From Tissierellales bacterium (GTDB lineage: Bacteria; Bacillota; Clostridia; Tissierellales; DATGTQ01), in contig DATGTQ010000152.1 in the NCBI GenBank assembly GCA_035301805.1, positions 1-46,953 on the forward strand: 46,953 bases of DNA, given 5' to 3'. Within the stretch, counting starts at the first letter, position 1. Each line of letters starts with the position of its first letter. The notes below the pieces were generated by a model. The model was not told where the DNA came from. It did no database searches and saw only the letters and a list, made by a program, of their open reading frames with translations. Positions 10,415 to 21,103 of the stretch are shown here, piece by piece. Position numbers and translations under genes: made by a program.

Positions 10415-10468
10415 GTGAACTACCGCCACTTATAGAATATGGCAGAATTTTTGCAGGTCTAGGTTAAA
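10415..10468. repeat. 54-bp short copy of the repeat element whose long form is at 41246-41583
   Basis: GTGAACTACCgCCACTTATAGAAtatggcagaatttttGCAgGTCTAGGTTAAA matches both termini of the 41.2-kb element. They are joined through one copy of CCACTTATAGAA. Confidence 0.7.
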
Positions 10469-10503
10469 ACAAAATTCTACCTTTCTTAAAAGTAACCTTT
10501 TCT

Positions 10504-11577
10504 TTAAATTAGTGTTCTATCTATCATAGCTTGTTCTTGACATCTTCTTATACCTTCTTTTATAGTTCTAGCTCTCACTTTACCTATGCCGTCAACTAAA
10601 TCTAAATCTGACACTGAAGCTTTCAAAATCTCTTGGAAGGATCCAAACATTTTTATAACATTTTCTAAAACTGCTAAAGGCAATCTAGGTATTTTACTTA
10701 AAATTCTATAACCCTTTGGATATACACTAGTATCTAAAGATGCTAATCCATTACTATAGCCTAAAACACTTCCTATATTTTCTAAACTCAATAATGCATT
10801 TGATGAAAAATTAGATATTTCCTTTCTTACTTCTGTATATTTTTCTTCCCTTATGGAATAATCTTTTACCACATTATATCCATCTTCATCTACACCACTC
10901 ATTAATTCATTTAATTGCATACTAATAAGACGTCCTTCATTACCTAATTCTAAAATATATCTTTCTATTTCAAAAGCCACTCTAGAAACCATTTCTAATC
11001 TTTGTATCACCCTTGACACATCATAAACAGTTACTAAATTTTCAAATTCTAAAGCTGTTAAATTATTCATAGCTTGGTCTAACACAGTTTTATATTTTTC
11101 TAAAGTTTGTATAGCTTGATTAGCTTTATTAAGTATTTCACTGGATTCTTTAAGAATATATTTATCTTCTCCTTTGTAAAGAGTAATAACATTCCTTCTT
11201 TGAGATATGGCAATGACTAAAGTTTCACATTGTTTTGCAACTCTTTCTGCCGTCCTATGTCGAGTGCCTGTTTCTTTGGAAGAAATATTTTGATTGGGAA
11301 TTAATTGAGCATTAGCATAAAGTATTTTTTTGCAATCACTACTTAAAATAATTGCTCCATCCATTTTTGCTAATTCATATATATAAGATGGTGTGTATTC
11401 ACTATTTATATTAAAACCACCATCTACTATATCCAATACCTCTTTTTCATCTCCTATTACGATTAATGCACCAGTTTTAGCACGAACTATATTTTCTAAC
11501 CCTATCCTTAACCGGGTTCCTGGTGCTACTATTTCTAATGAACCATATATTTTATTCTTTTTAGCCATACCTTCCAT
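10504..11577 (-). CDS. disA: DNA integrity scanning protein / diadenylate cyclase
   Basis: 357 aa with a DAC domain (GALIVIGD...DGAIILS..TRHRTAERV) and a C-terminal HhH (VDGIGKVRARTIKEGI). It lies directly after radA, as in other Firmicutes. Confidence 0.93.
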   Translation of the reverse strand: MEGMAKKNKIYGSLEIVAPGTRLRIGLENIVRAKTGALIVIGDEKEVLDIVDGGFNINSEYTPSYIYELAKMDGAIILSSDCKKILYANAQLIPNQNISSKETGTRHRTAERVAKQCETLVIAISQRRNVITLYKGEDKYILKESSEILNKANQAIQTLEKYKTVLDQAMNNLTALEFENLVTVYDVSRVIQRLEMVSRVAFEIERYILELGNEGRLISMQLNELMSGVDEDGYNVVKDYSIREEKYTEVRKEISNFSSNALLSLENIGSVLGYSNGLASLDTSVYPKGYRILSKIPRLPLAVLENVIKMFGSFQEILKASVSDLDLVDGIGKVRARTIKEGIRRCQEQAMIDRTLI

Positions 11578-11579
11578 AA

Positions 11580-12947
11580 CTATCCTCCCAATATTATCTC
11601 TAATGCTTCGCCTACATTATTTATTCCAATAACTTTAATGTTAAGCTGATTTTCATTCTTTAAATCTTTTTTATTTGTATTAGGAATTATAGCAATCTTA
11701 AAACCTAGTTTTGCTGCTTCCTTCAACCTCTTTTCAACAAAACTAACAGTCCTTACCTCTCCTGTTAACCCAACCTCTCCCATTACTATAATATCCGATC
11801 TTATAGGAGTATCTCTGAAACTTGAGGCAATAGAAGATATAATTCCTAAATCCATAGCCGGCTCCTTAGATTGTAATCCACCAACTATATTTACATAAGC
11901 ATCACTATTCTGAAGCTGGTATCCAACTTTCTTTTCAAGAACTGCTATCATAAGAATAACTCTATTATAATCTATCCCCATAGTTGCCCGCCTAGGCATA
12001 CCAAATATAGTTGGACTTATTAAAGATTGAATTTCTACCAACATAGGCCTAGTACCTTCTATAGTAGGTACTACTACGCTACCAGAAGCAAGTTCTGGTC
12101 TTCCAGAAAGTAAAAATAAAGATGGATCCTCTACTTCTACTAATCCCATTTCACCCATTTCAAACATACCTATTTCGTTAGTAGAACCAAATCTATTCTT
12201 TACAGCCCTAAGTACCCTATAACTATGAAACTTTTCCCCTTCCAAATATAAAACCGTATCTACCATATGTTCCAATATTTTAGGACCAGCAATTGAACCT
12301 TTTTTAGTTACATGGCCTACAATAAATGTGGCTATGCCTTGTTCTTTTGCTATATTCATCAAAATATGAGTTACTTCCCTTACTTGACTCATACTTCCAG
12401 GGGTAGAAGTTATAGTTGGCGTATAAACAGTTTGAATAGAATCCACTATTAATATATCTGGAGAAACTTTATCTAATCCTTCCTTTATTATATCCCAATT
12501 TGTTTCTGGTAAAATATATAAATTATCAGTTTTTAATTTTAATCTTTCAGCCCTTAACTTTATTTGCTTTGGAGACTCTTCTCCTGCTATATATAAAACT
12601 TTTAGATTTTTATTTCCTAGTTTATTTGCTACTTGTATAAGTAGTGTAGACTTTCCTATTCCTGGCTCTCCTCCAACCAGTACTAGAGAACCTTTTACTA
12701 TTCCTCCGCCAAGTACTCTATCTAATTCTTGACTTCCTGTATAAGTCCTATCCTCATTATCTATTTTAACATCTGCAAGTTTTTCTACTTTGCTTTCAAC
12801 AAATCTACTAATGGGCTTTGATTTTTGCCTATCCTTAATTTCTTCTTGAAAAGTATTCCATTCATTACAATCTGGACATTTTCCTGCCCATTTATAGGTT
12901 TCATAACCACAACTTTGACAGACAAATACAGTTTTTACTTTAGCCAC
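11580..12947 (-). CDS. radA: DNA repair protein RadA/Sms
   Basis: ORF 11580..13007. The GTG at 12947 (VAKVKTVFVCQSCGYE) lies 5 nt after AGGAGGG. CxxC...CxxC zinc finger, Walker A GEPGIGKST, KNRFG motif and Lon-like C-terminal domain. Confidence 0.93.
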   Translation of the reverse strand: MAKVKTVFVCQSCGYETYKWAGKCPDCNEWNTFQEEIKDRQKSKPISRFVESKVEKLADVKIDNEDRTYTGSQELDRVLGGGIVKGSLVLVGGEPGIGKSTLLIQVANKLGNKNLKVLYIAGEESPKQIKLRAERLKLKTDNLYILPETNWDIIKEGLDKVSPDILIVDSIQTVYTPTITSTPGSMSQVREVTHILMNIAKEQGIATFIVGHVTKKGSIAGPKILEHMVDTVLYLEGEKFHSYRVLRAVKNRFGSTNEIGMFEMGEMGLVEVEDPSLFLLSGRPELASGSVVVPTIEGTRPMLVEIQSLISPTIFGMPRRATMGIDYNRVILMIAVLEKKVGYQLQNSDAYVNIVGGLQSKEPAMDLGIISSIASSFRDTPIRSDIIVMGEVGLTGEVRTVSFVEKRLKEAAKLGFKIAIIPNTNKKDLKNENQLNIKVIGINNVGEALEIILGG

Positions 12948-13044
12948 ATTATCCCTCCTTACTGCCATTAAACTAATTATATCTAAGAAGAAAAATTCTT
13001 GCAACAAAAGAAAGCCATGGTTAAACCATGACTTCTTTAGAAAT

Positions 13045-15483
13045 TTATTTTAAAGATGTTTTAGAAAATACTAACTCTTTATCTTTATAACCTATGAATA
13101 TATCATCTTCTTTAGACACATTTCCCTTCAGTATTTCTTCAGCTAATTGATCTTCTACCATTTTTCTTATAGTTCTTTCTAAAGGTCTTGCACCATAAAC
13201 TGGATCAAAGCCTTTTTTACTTATATATTCTTTGGTATCTTCACTAATATTTATATTTATACCTAATTTTTTAAGCCTTTTTGATAAATCTTCAATCATT
13301 ACATCTACTATTTCTTTAACATGTTCTTCTTGTAATGAATGGAATATTATGGTCTCATCTATTCTATTTAAGAATTCTGGTCTAAAAGTTCTTTTTAATT
13401 CTTCAGATATAGTCTCTTTCATTCTTTCATACTCTTCTTTCCCCTCATCTCCAGGAGAGGCAAATCCAAGTACATTTTGTTTTCTTATTGATGTTGCTCC
13501 TACATTGGAAGTCATAATAATAACTGTGTTTTTAAAATCTACTACCCTTCCTTTAGAATCTGTAAGCCTTCCATCATCAAGTATCTGCAACAACACATTA
13601 AATACATCAGGGTGAGCCTTTTCTATTTCATCAAAAAGTATTACAGAATAAGGCTTACGTCTTACGGCTTCGGTTAACTGGCCTCCTTCATCATAACCAA
13701 CATATCCTGGTGGCGAACCTATTAACCTAGAAACTGAATGTTTTTCCATATATTCAGACATATCTATACGGATCATAGAATCTTCATCGCCAAATAAAAC
13801 TTCGGCTAAGGCTTTAGCTAAATAGGTTTTTCCTACACCGGTAGGTCCTACAAATATAAAACTTCCCACAGGCTTACCAGGATCTTTTAATCCTACTCTA
13901 GCTCTTCTGACAGCATTTGATACAGCATCAACAGCTTGATCTTGACCAATTACTTTTTCATGAAGAATTTCTTCCATCTTTAATAATCTTTCACTTTCTT
14001 CTTCAGTCATTTTCTTTACTGGAACACCAGTCCAATCAGATACTACTTTTGCTATTTCCTCATATCCTACTACCATGTCTGAAGTTTTCTTCTTTTGTTG
14101 CCATTTACCTTTTTCTTCCTTTAATTCATCTTTTATTCTTTTTTCTTCATCCCTAATTCTTGCTGCTTTTTCAAAGTTTTGAGTATTAACTGCTTCTTCT
14201 TTTTCTTGGTACAATTCCTCTAATCTTTCTTCTAAATCTTTCAATCCATCTGGAGCTGTATAGGATTTTAATCTTATTAAAGAAGCTGCCTCATCTATTA
14301 AATCAATAGCCTTATCAGGTAAATATCTATCAGTAATATACCTATGAGACAATTCTGATGCCGCCTTCAATGCTTCATCTTGTATCTTCACTCTATGGTG
14401 GGCTTCATATTTATCTCTTAGTCCCTCAAGTATTTTAATTGTATCTTCTACGGTAGGCTCTTCTATCATAATTGGCTGAAATCTTCTTTCCAACGCTGAA
14501 TCTTTTTCTATATATTTTCTATATTCATCTATTGTAGTAGCTCCCACTACTTGAATTTCACCTCTTGCAAGAACAGGTTTCAAAATATTAGATGCATCTA
14601 TAGCTCCTTCTGCTGCTCCAGCTCCAACTAAAGTATGAAGTTCATCTATAAATAATATTACATCCCCAGCCTCTTGTAGCTCTTTTAATACAGCCTTTAA
14701 TCTTTCTTCAAATTCACCTCTATATTTTGCCCCAGCTATCATACCAGGTAAATCTAATGTGACTACCGTTTTATTCCTACTAGTTTCCGGCACATTCCCT
14801 TCAACTATTTTCTGCGCCAGACCTTCTCCAATAGCCGTTTTTCCTACTCCTGGTTCTCCAATTAGAACTGGATTATTCTTTGTCCTTCTACTTAAAATTT
14901 GAATTACTCTTTCTATTTCCTTCATTCTACCTATAACTGGATCTATTTTCCCATCTTCAGCTAATTTATTTAGATCTCTACTATATTTATCAAGGTTTGG
15001 AGTAGAACTATTCTTACTTGGTGCTCCATGGGAAGGTTTTGGGTGATTTTCTGAAACTGATTTTATTATACTTTCCCTTATTTGGTTTAAATCGGCACCT
15101 AAATTAACTAATACTACAACAGCAATTCCTTCACCTTCTTCTATTAATCCTAACAATATATGTTCTGTTCCTACATAATTATGTCCTAACTGTCTAGCAG
15201 CTACAAAACTTAATTCAAAAATCCTTTTAGTTCTAGGTGTAAAACCTAATATATCTGTTTCATACTTTCCTTCTCCAACTAATTTTATAATTTGATTTCT
15301 AGCCTTTTCTAAGTCTATTCCCATATTATTTAGGGTTTTAGCTGCTATACCTTCTCCTTCACTTAATAACCCTAATAATAAATGTTCTGTTCCTACATAA
15401 TTATGTTTTAAATTACGGGCTTCCTCTTGAGCCAATAATATTGCCTTTTGAGCTCGTTCTGTAAATCTATTAAACATAGCCAT
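13045..15483 (-). CDS. clpC: ATP-dependent Clp protease ATP-binding subunit ClpC
   Basis: 812 aa with a duplicated Clp_N repeat, two AAA+ modules ([16 protein letters not shown]) and a central UVR motif ([15 protein letters not shown]). Confidence 0.96.
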   Translation of the reverse strand: MAMFNRFTERAQKAILLAQEEARNLKHNYVGTEHLLLGLLSEGEGIAAKTLNNMGIDLEKARNQIIKLVGEGKYETDILGFTPRTKRIFELSFVAARQLGHNYVGTEHILLGLIEEGEGIAVVVLVNLGADLNQIRESIIKSVSENHPKPSHGAPSKNSSTPNLDKYSRDLNKLAEDGKIDPVIGRMKEIERVIQILSRRTKNNPVLIGEPGVGKTAIGEGLAQKIVEGNVPETSRNKTVVTLDLPGMIAGAKYRGEFEERLKAVLKELQEAGDVILFIDELHTLVGAGAAEGAIDASNILKPVLARGEIQVVGATTIDEYRKYIEKDSALERRFQPIMIEEPTVEDTIKILEGLRDKYEAHHRVKIQDEALKAASELSHRYITDRYLPDKAIDLIDEAASLIRLKSYTAPDGLKDLEERLEELYQEKEEAVNTQNFEKAARIRDEEKRIKDELKEEKGKWQQKKKTSDMVVGYEEIAKVVSDWTGVPVKKMTEEESERLLKMEEILHEKVIGQDQAVDAVSNAVRRARVGLKDPGKPVGSFIFVGPTGVGKTYLAKALAEVLFGDEDSMIRIDMSEYMEKHSVSRLIGSPPGYVGYDEGGQLTEAVRRKPYSVILFDEIEKAHPDVFNVLLQILDDGRLTDSKGRVVDFKNTVIIMTSNVGATSIRKQNVLGFASPGDEGKEEYERMKETISEELKRTFRPEFLNRIDETIIFHSLQEEHVKEIVDVMIEDLSKRLKKLGININISEDTKEYISKKGFDPVYGARPLERTIRKMVEDQLAEEILKGNVSKEDDIFIGYKDKELVFSKTSLK

Positions 15484-15501
15484 ACTATTCCTCCTAACTC
15501 A

Positions 15502-16524
15502 TTATATCTTATCTCTTATTAATTGTGCTCGTTTAGTATCTCTTTCCCCTTTAGTCATTTCTTTTTTAAAACTTTTTTGTAAACTTGCAGGTTGGGTTAG
15601 TATCATAAGATTACTTATATCCTTTACATTTACATCTTTAATTAGACCTATTTCTGCACCTAATTTTACATTGGATAATAGTTTCATTGCTTCCCTAGAA
15701 GAAATTATCCTAACATACTTTAAAACACCATAGGATCTAAAAACCCTATCTTCAATTTCCATTTTTCGTCTACTAACAAATCCATCTCTAATATCTCTTT
15801 CCTTATTTATTATTTGATGAGCTACATTTTTTAGTTTTTGAATCATTTCCTCTTCTGTTTCACCTAAGGTTGTTTGATTAGATATTTGAAATAAATTTCC
15901 CAAAGCCTCTGAACCCTCACCATAAAGACCTCTAACTGTCAAACCAACTTGATTTACTGCTTGGATAATATTATTAATATATCTTGTAAAAACTAAACAA
16001 GGTAAATGAAGCATAACAGATGCTCTAAGACCTGTGCCTACATTAGTAGGACAGGAGGTTAAATATCCTAATTTTTCATCAAAGGCATAGTCTAAACTTT
16101 CTTCTAATCCATCATCAATTTCACTACATAAATTCCAACTTTCATCTAAATTAAGACCTGATGAAAGAATTTGCATTCTTATATGATCTTCCTCATTTAT
16201 CATAATTCCAACTTTTTCATCATCCCTTAATAACACACTACTTTTCATAGAATTCTTAACAAGCTCTGGACTTATTAAATGTTTTTCTACATAAAATCCC
16301 TTATCTAGATAATCTAAATCCTTAATTTTAACAAAGTTATAATTTCCACTATCTATACTATCTTTTGCAGCATTTAATATTTCATCTGTAACAGATTTTG
16401 CATCTTCTAAGTTCATATGTTGAGGAAATTGATAATTGTTTAAATTTCTAGCAAGGCGTATTCTACTACTTATAACTACATCTTCTTCTGGCCCAGTACC
16501 TTCAAGCCATTTAATCATACCCAT
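15502..16524 (-). CDS. mcsB: protein arginine kinase McsB
   Basis: The ATG at 16524 overlaps the mcsA stop (TGATG) and GGAGG lies 9 nt upstream. Phosphagen-kinase-like core (NEEDHIRMQ, CPTNVGTGLRASVM). Confidence 0.92.
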   Translation of the reverse strand: MGMIKWLEGTGPEEDVVISSRIRLARNLNNYQFPQHMNLEDAKSVTDEILNAAKDSIDSGNYNFVKIKDLDYLDKGFYVEKHLISPELVKNSMKSSVLLRDDEKVGIMINEEDHIRMQILSSGLNLDESWNLCSEIDDGLEESLDYAFDEKLGYLTSCPTNVGTGLRASVMLHLPCLVFTRYINNIIQAVNQVGLTVRGLYGEGSEALGNLFQISNQTTLGETEEEMIQKLKNVAHQIINKERDIRDGFVSRRKMEIEDRVFRSYGVLKYVRIISSREAMKLLSNVKLGAEIGLIKDVNVKDISNLMILTQPASLQKSFKKEMTKGERDTKRAQLIRDKI

Positions 16525-17033
16525 CACTTCCGACCTCCTTCAATTTCCCCTTCTAATTCTTTTATTTTATCTCTTACTATAGCTGCCTTTTCAAATTCTT
16601 CTTTCTTAACCAAAGAATCTAATTGACTTTTTAGAACTTTTAACTCCCTTTTTATACCTATAATTCCACCACCTCTTTTAGGTATCTTACCTATATGACT
16701 ATTATGTCCATGAACTTCTTTAAATAATGGAATAAGTCTATCTTTAAAAGCATCATAACAATTAGGACAACTAAATTTACCTACTTGTTTAAACTTCTCA
16801 TAACTCATCCCACAAGTTTTACATACAAGATCTTCTTCTTTTTGCGTTGGTGAATCTTGAATATTATCAATTAATCCTGTTAAAAACTTATGAAAAGAAA
16901 AAGGGGTATCAAATTCTAATTCCTTATGATCCTTGGCACACTCTTCGCATAAATGTAACTCTGTCACTTCACCATTAACTACTTTAGTATAGTGAAGAGT
17001 AGCAGGGTTTTTTTCACAAGCTTGGCATAACAT
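16524..17033 (-). CDS. mcsA: protein arginine kinase activator McsA (UvrB/UvrC-motif protein)
   Basis: Four CxxC zinc-finger pairs and a C-terminal UVR motif (EFEKAAIVRDKIKELE). Confidence 0.9.
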   Translation of the reverse strand: MLCQACEKNPATLHYTKVVNGEVTELHLCEECAKDHKELEFDTPFSFHKFLTGLIDNIQDSPTQKEEDLVCKTCGMSYEKFKQVGKFSCPNCYDAFKDRLIPLFKEVHGHNSHIGKIPKRGGGIIGIKRELKVLKSQLDSLVKKEEFEKAAIVRDKIKELEGEIEGGRK

Positions 17034-17048
17034 TTAAATCCCTCCCAA

Positions 17049-17507
17049 TTATTCAACAAAAACTAATAGTAAGTTTTTGAGAATATCTGCTCTTAATTTA
17101 TTTCTTTCACTTGTTACACTAGCTAAAGCACTATCTCCTAATACCACTTTTATTATTTCTCCTTCTCTTTTTGTAATTACATCTTCATCTACTAATCCTT
17201 CTATTACATTATAAGATTTATACTTAGTAATTGAATCACCAATTGTATCTATTATTAAACTCTTTATATTCTCATCTTCTTTTATACTAACCTTCTCTAT
17301 TTTTATATACCCTCCTCCACCTCTTCTACTCTCTATATAATAGCCCTTATAGGGTGTAAACCTAGTAGTAAGTACATAGTTTATCTGAGAAGGTGCACAA
17401 TCAAAATATGCTGCTAGTTCATTTCTTTGGATTTCTACAATTCCTTCCTCTGCCTCTTTAAACAATTCTTTTATGAATTCTTCGATTATATTACTTAATC
17501 CTGGCAC
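17049..17507 (-). CDS. ctsR: class III stress gene repressor CtsR
   Basis: GTG start after AGAGGTGG. IVEIQRNELAAYFDCAPSQINYVLTTRFT..GYYIESRRGGGGYIKI is the CtsR HTH plus glycine-rich loop. Confidence 0.93.
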   Translation of the reverse strand: MPGLSNIIEEFIKELFKEAEEGIVEIQRNELAAYFDCAPSQINYVLTTRFTPYKGYYIESRRGGGGYIKIEKVSIKEDENIKSLIIDTIGDSITKYKSYNVIEGLVDEDVITKREGEIIKVVLGDSALASVTSERNKLRADILKNLLLVFVE

Positions 17508-17518
17508 ATTTCCACCTC

Positions 17519-17542
17519 TTTTGACTTTGACTTTCTTTGCCC
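17519..17542 (-). promoter_or_regulatory. CtsR operator (heptad direct repeat)
   Basis: The minus strand reads GGGCAAA-gaa-AGTCAAA-GTCAAAA. The consensus is A/GGTCAAAnanA/GGTCAAA. It lies between the -10 region and the ctsR RBS. Confidence 0.75.
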
Positions 17543-17545
17543 TTG

Positions 17546-17566
17546 ATTATATTGTCCATTATACCA
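17546..17566 (-). promoter_or_regulatory. -10 region(s) of the ctsR-clpC operon promoter
   Basis: The minus strand has aTGgTATAAT (extended -10, plus 17558..17566) and a second TATAAT (17546..17551) abutting the operator. I could not fix the -35. Confidence 0.5.
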
Positions 17567-17640
17567 TAAAACTTATCTATATGTATAGTACCCAATTTTT
17601 ATTTAAATAAAAGATATAAATAAAAAATCATTATACTAAA

Positions 17641-17673
17641 TAAAGGTCCAATCCTGATTAGATTGGACCTTTA
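17641..17673 (-). terminator. intrinsic terminator after the EF-G paralog
   Basis: AGGTCCAATC-n7-GATTGGACCT 10-bp stem flanked by A/T runs. Confidence 0.8.
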
Positions 17674-17679
17674 TTTATA

Positions 17680-19674
17680 TTATTCTTTTTCTGCTTCAGC
17701 TTCTTCTATTATTTTCTCTCTTACTTCTGCTGGAACTTCTTCATATTTAATAAATTCCATTGTAAAACTTCCCCTTGCCTGAGTCATACTTCTTAAATCA
17801 ATAGCATATTCAAATAACTCAGATTGAGGTGCTTCTGATATAACAAGTTGCTTACCATCTTCTTGAGGTTCCATTCCTAATATTCGTCCTCTACGTTTAT
17901 TCATATCTCCCATTACGTCCCCCATATACTCTTCAGGAACTAATACTTCAACTTTCATAATAGGTTCAAGTAATATAGGCTTTGCTTTAACTATACCTTT
18001 TCTAAAGGCTAAAGTAGCAGCCATTTTAAAGGCCATTTCATTGGAATCTACTGGATGATAAGAACCGTCATATAATGTAGCTTTAACATTAACTACTGGA
18101 TAACCAGCAAGAGGTCCACGTTCTAAAGCTTCTTCTAACCCTTTTTCTACTGCTGAAAAATATTGTCTTGGTACTGCTCCACCAAATATTTCTTCTTCAA
18201 AAATAAACTCTTCTTCAGCAGGTTCAAATTTTATAAATACATCACCATATTGACCTGCGCCACCACTTTGTTTCTTATGTTTACCTTGTACATCTGATTT
18301 CCCCTTTATAGCTTCCCTATATGCTACTTTCGGTGTAGTTAATTCTACCTCTACCCCAAAAGAATTTTTCAATTTATCTTTAATTACGTTTATCTGCATA
18401 TTTCCCTGTCCGCCGATTAATAACTGTTTAGTTTCACTATTTCTTTCTACTGTAAAAGTTGGATCCTCTTCTCTTAGTCTTGATAGAGAAGTTCCTATTT
18501 TTTCTTCATCTCCCTTTGACTTTGGTTCCATAGCAAAAAATAATGTTGGTTCTGCGAACTCTATTCCTTCATAAGTAATCATATTATCTTTATCACATAA
18601 AGTATCCCCAGTTTCTGTTACTTGTAACTTAGAAGTTGCTCCAATATCTCCAGCTACTATTTCCGATACATTTATTTGTTCCTTTCCTCTTAATACAAAT
18701 AAACCACTAAGCTTTTCTGAATCTTCTCTATTTGAATTGTAAATATTATCATCTTTTTTTATCTTACCCGATTTTACTTTAAACAAGGTTAATTTACCAA
18801 CAAAGGGGTCTACGATTGTTTTAAATACTGATGCTGAAAAAGGTTCTTCTGGATTTACTTTTTCATCTACTTCGCTTGGCGCTGGAATATATTTTTTCAC
18901 TGTATCCAGTAATTCTTCCATACCTATATCCTTATCTCCTGAACCTACCAATAAGGGAACTAAATCTCCATTCTTTAGCGAATTTTTTAAACCTCTTTGT
19001 AACTCCTCATCAGTAAACGCTTCTCCTTCAAAATATTTTTCCATTAATTCTTCTTCTGTTTCTGCCACTTTTTCCATTAACATTTCTTTAATTGATTCTA
19101 CTTCATCTTTTAATTCTTCTGGAATGTTTGACTCTTCACCAAATACATTTACTATTCCTTTAAAATCCTCTACTTGCCCTATTGGTAGAGTGAAAGGTAC
19201 TATATTGTCTCCAAAAAACTCTTTCAATTGGTTAAATGATTTTTCATAGTTAACGTTTTCTTTCTCCATTTTATTCAAAAATATTATTTTGGGTATATTA
19301 AAATCTTCTGTATATTTCCATGCCTTTTCTGTACCTACCTCTACACCTGACGCAGCATCTACTATTAGAATTGCTCCTTCACTTGCCGTTAAGGCGCCTA
19401 ACATTTCCCCAGCAAAATCAAAATATCCTGGAGTATCTAAAAAGTTATATTTAATATTATTACTTTCTATGGGAATTATAGAAGTTCCAATTGAAACTTG
19501 TCTGGATATTTCTTCTTCATTAAAATCAGACATAGTATTTCCATCTTCAACACTTCCCTTTCTCTTTGTAACACCTGCTGCATGTAATAAAGCTTCTGTC
19601 AACGTTGTTTTACCACTGCCAGCATGACCGATTAAGGCTACATTTCTAATTTCATCTGTTCCATATACTTTCAT
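17680..19674 (-). CDS. elongation factor G paralog (translational GTPase)
   Basis: 664 aa with a G domain (GHAGSGKTTLTEAL, DTPGYFDF, NKME) and colinear EF-G domains II-V. It is shorter than canonical FusA and not in the str operon, so I call it an EF-G-like paralog. Confidence 0.85.
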   Translation of the reverse strand: MKVYGTDEIRNVALIGHAGSGKTTLTEALLHAAGVTKRKGSVEDGNTMSDFNEEEISRQVSIGTSIIPIESNNIKYNFLDTPGYFDFAGEMLGALTASEGAILIVDAASGVEVGTEKAWKYTEDFNIPKIIFLNKMEKENVNYEKSFNQLKEFFGDNIVPFTLPIGQVEDFKGIVNVFGEESNIPEELKDEVESIKEMLMEKVAETEEELMEKYFEGEAFTDEELQRGLKNSLKNGDLVPLLVGSGDKDIGMEELLDTVKKYIPAPSEVDEKVNPEEPFSASVFKTIVDPFVGKLTLFKVKSGKIKKDDNIYNSNREDSEKLSGLFVLRGKEQINVSEIVAGDIGATSKLQVTETGDTLCDKDNMITYEGIEFAEPTLFFAMEPKSKGDEEKIGTSLSRLREEDPTFTVERNSETKQLLIGGQGNMQINVIKDKLKNSFGVEVELTTPKVAYREAIKGKSDVQGKHKKQSGGAGQYGDVFIKFEPAEEEFIFEEEIFGGAVPRQYFSAVEKGLEEALERGPLAGYPVVNVKATLYDGSYHPVDSNEMAFKMAATLAFRKGIVKAKPILLEPIMKVEVLVPEEYMGDVMGDMNKRRGRILGMEPQEDGKQLVISEAPQSELFEYAIDLRSMTQARGSFTMEFIKYEEVPAEVREKIIEEAEAEKE

Positions 19675-19922
19675 ATATACTTTTCCCCCTTAACAAGCAT
19701 TTTTGTTCCTTATGAGTTATTATTCTACAAAAGTTTTTAAATTCCTTTAAAAATTTATTTCCTTAAATATAATATCCTCATAATAAACTTATAAGATGTT
19801 AATTAAAGTATCTTTATTAAATTGTATCATGAACTTTTAAAAAATTCTAATACTTTTTTCTTGCTCTTATTCACTATGGTTGATATACTAAAATTTAGAT
19901 AGATCTGAAAGGAGCTGATCTT

Positions 19923-21008
19923 TTGTCAATACATTTTAGAAAAGAAATTAAAGACTTACAACCCTATAAGCCAGGAAAACCTATTAGAGATGTTAAAAGA
20001 GAGTTTAACTTGGACAAGGTTGTTAAATTAGCATCAAATGAAAATCCATTAGGTTGCTCTAAAAAGGCTAAAAAAGCTATTATGGACTCTTTAGACAATT
20101 TGGCAACTTATCCTGATGGTAATGCAACTATTCTTAAAGAAACACTTGCTAAAAAATTTAATGTATCCACAAGGGAGATACTTCCTTCTAGTGGTGCTGA
20201 TGAAATGATTGACTTAATATCTAAAACCCTCTTAGAGAAAGATGATGAAGTTATTATGGCAGATATTACCTTTCCAAGATACATAGCTACCGCCGAAATG
20301 ATGGGTGGAAAACCTGTAATTGTTCCATTAAAAAATTATACTTATGATTTAGAGGGTATGTTGGAATCCATAACAGAAAAAACAAAACTTATTTGGTTAT
20401 GTAATCCAAATAATCCAACAGGTACAATGGTAACTAAAAAAGAGGTATTAGACTTTTTAGATAAGGTACCTGAAAACGTTGTAGTCGCCTATGATGAAGC
20501 TTATAGAGATTATGTTACAAGAGAAGATTATCCAAAGAACAGTATAGAACTTATGAAAAAATATCCAAATGTTATAGTTATGAGAACCCTTTCAAAAGCC
20601 TATGGCTTAGCTGGAATAAGAGTAGGCTATATAGTAGCAAATGAAGATATTGTTACAAATATCGATAAAGTAAGAGGACCTTTCAATGTGAATTCTTTAG
20701 GACAAGTTGCAGCAGTAGCCGCCCTTGAAGATGAGGAGTTTTTAAAAGAAGTTTATAATAATAATTTAGAAGGTAAGAAGTATTTTTATGAGGAATTAGA
20801 AAACATGGGATTATTCTTCCCACCTTCAGAAGCTAATCACATTTTTGTAGATGTTAAAAGAGATGGAAATGAAGTTTTTAAAGAAATGCAAAAACTTGGA
20901 GTAATTATCAGGCCTATGGCTGGAACCTTTATTAGAATTTCTATTGGTACTATGGAAGAAAATAAATTATGCATAAAAACTTTAAAGAAAGTCTTAAAAA
21001 ACAACTAA
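19923..21008 (+). CDS. hisC: histidinol-phosphate (class II) aminotransferase
   Basis: TTG start after GAAAGGAG. Motifs: KLASNENPLG, CNPNNPTG, YDEAY and SKAYGLAGIRVGY (PLP lysine). Confidence 0.88.
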   Translation: MSIHFRKEIKDLQPYKPGKPIRDVKREFNLDKVVKLASNENPLGCSKKAKKAIMDSLDNLATYPDGNATILKETLAKKFNVSTREILPSSGADEMIDLISKTLLEKDDEVIMADITFPRYIATAEMMGGKPVIVPLKNYTYDLEGMLESITEKTKLIWLCNPNNPTGTMVTKKEVLDFLDKVPENVVVAYDEAYRDYVTREDYPKNSIELMKKYPNVIVMRTLSKAYGLAGIRVGYIVANEDIVTNIDKVRGPFNVNSLGQVAAVAALEDEEFLKEVYNNNLEGKKYFYEELENMGLFFPPSEANHIFVDVKRDGNEVFKEMQKLGVIIRPMAGTFIRISIGTMEENKLCIKTLKKVLKNN

Positions 21009-21029
21009 GGTCTCCTTAGTTGTTTTTTG
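21001..21029 (+). terminator. intrinsic terminator of hisC
   Basis: ACAACTAAGG-tct-CCTTAGTTGT followed by TTTTT. The stem includes the stop codon. Confidence 0.8.
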
Positions 21030-21103
21030 TTAAAACTATACAAAGGGTATAACGATTATATATCGAATTTACTACTATCTTATAATATAAGGAGTTGGAC
21101 AGT

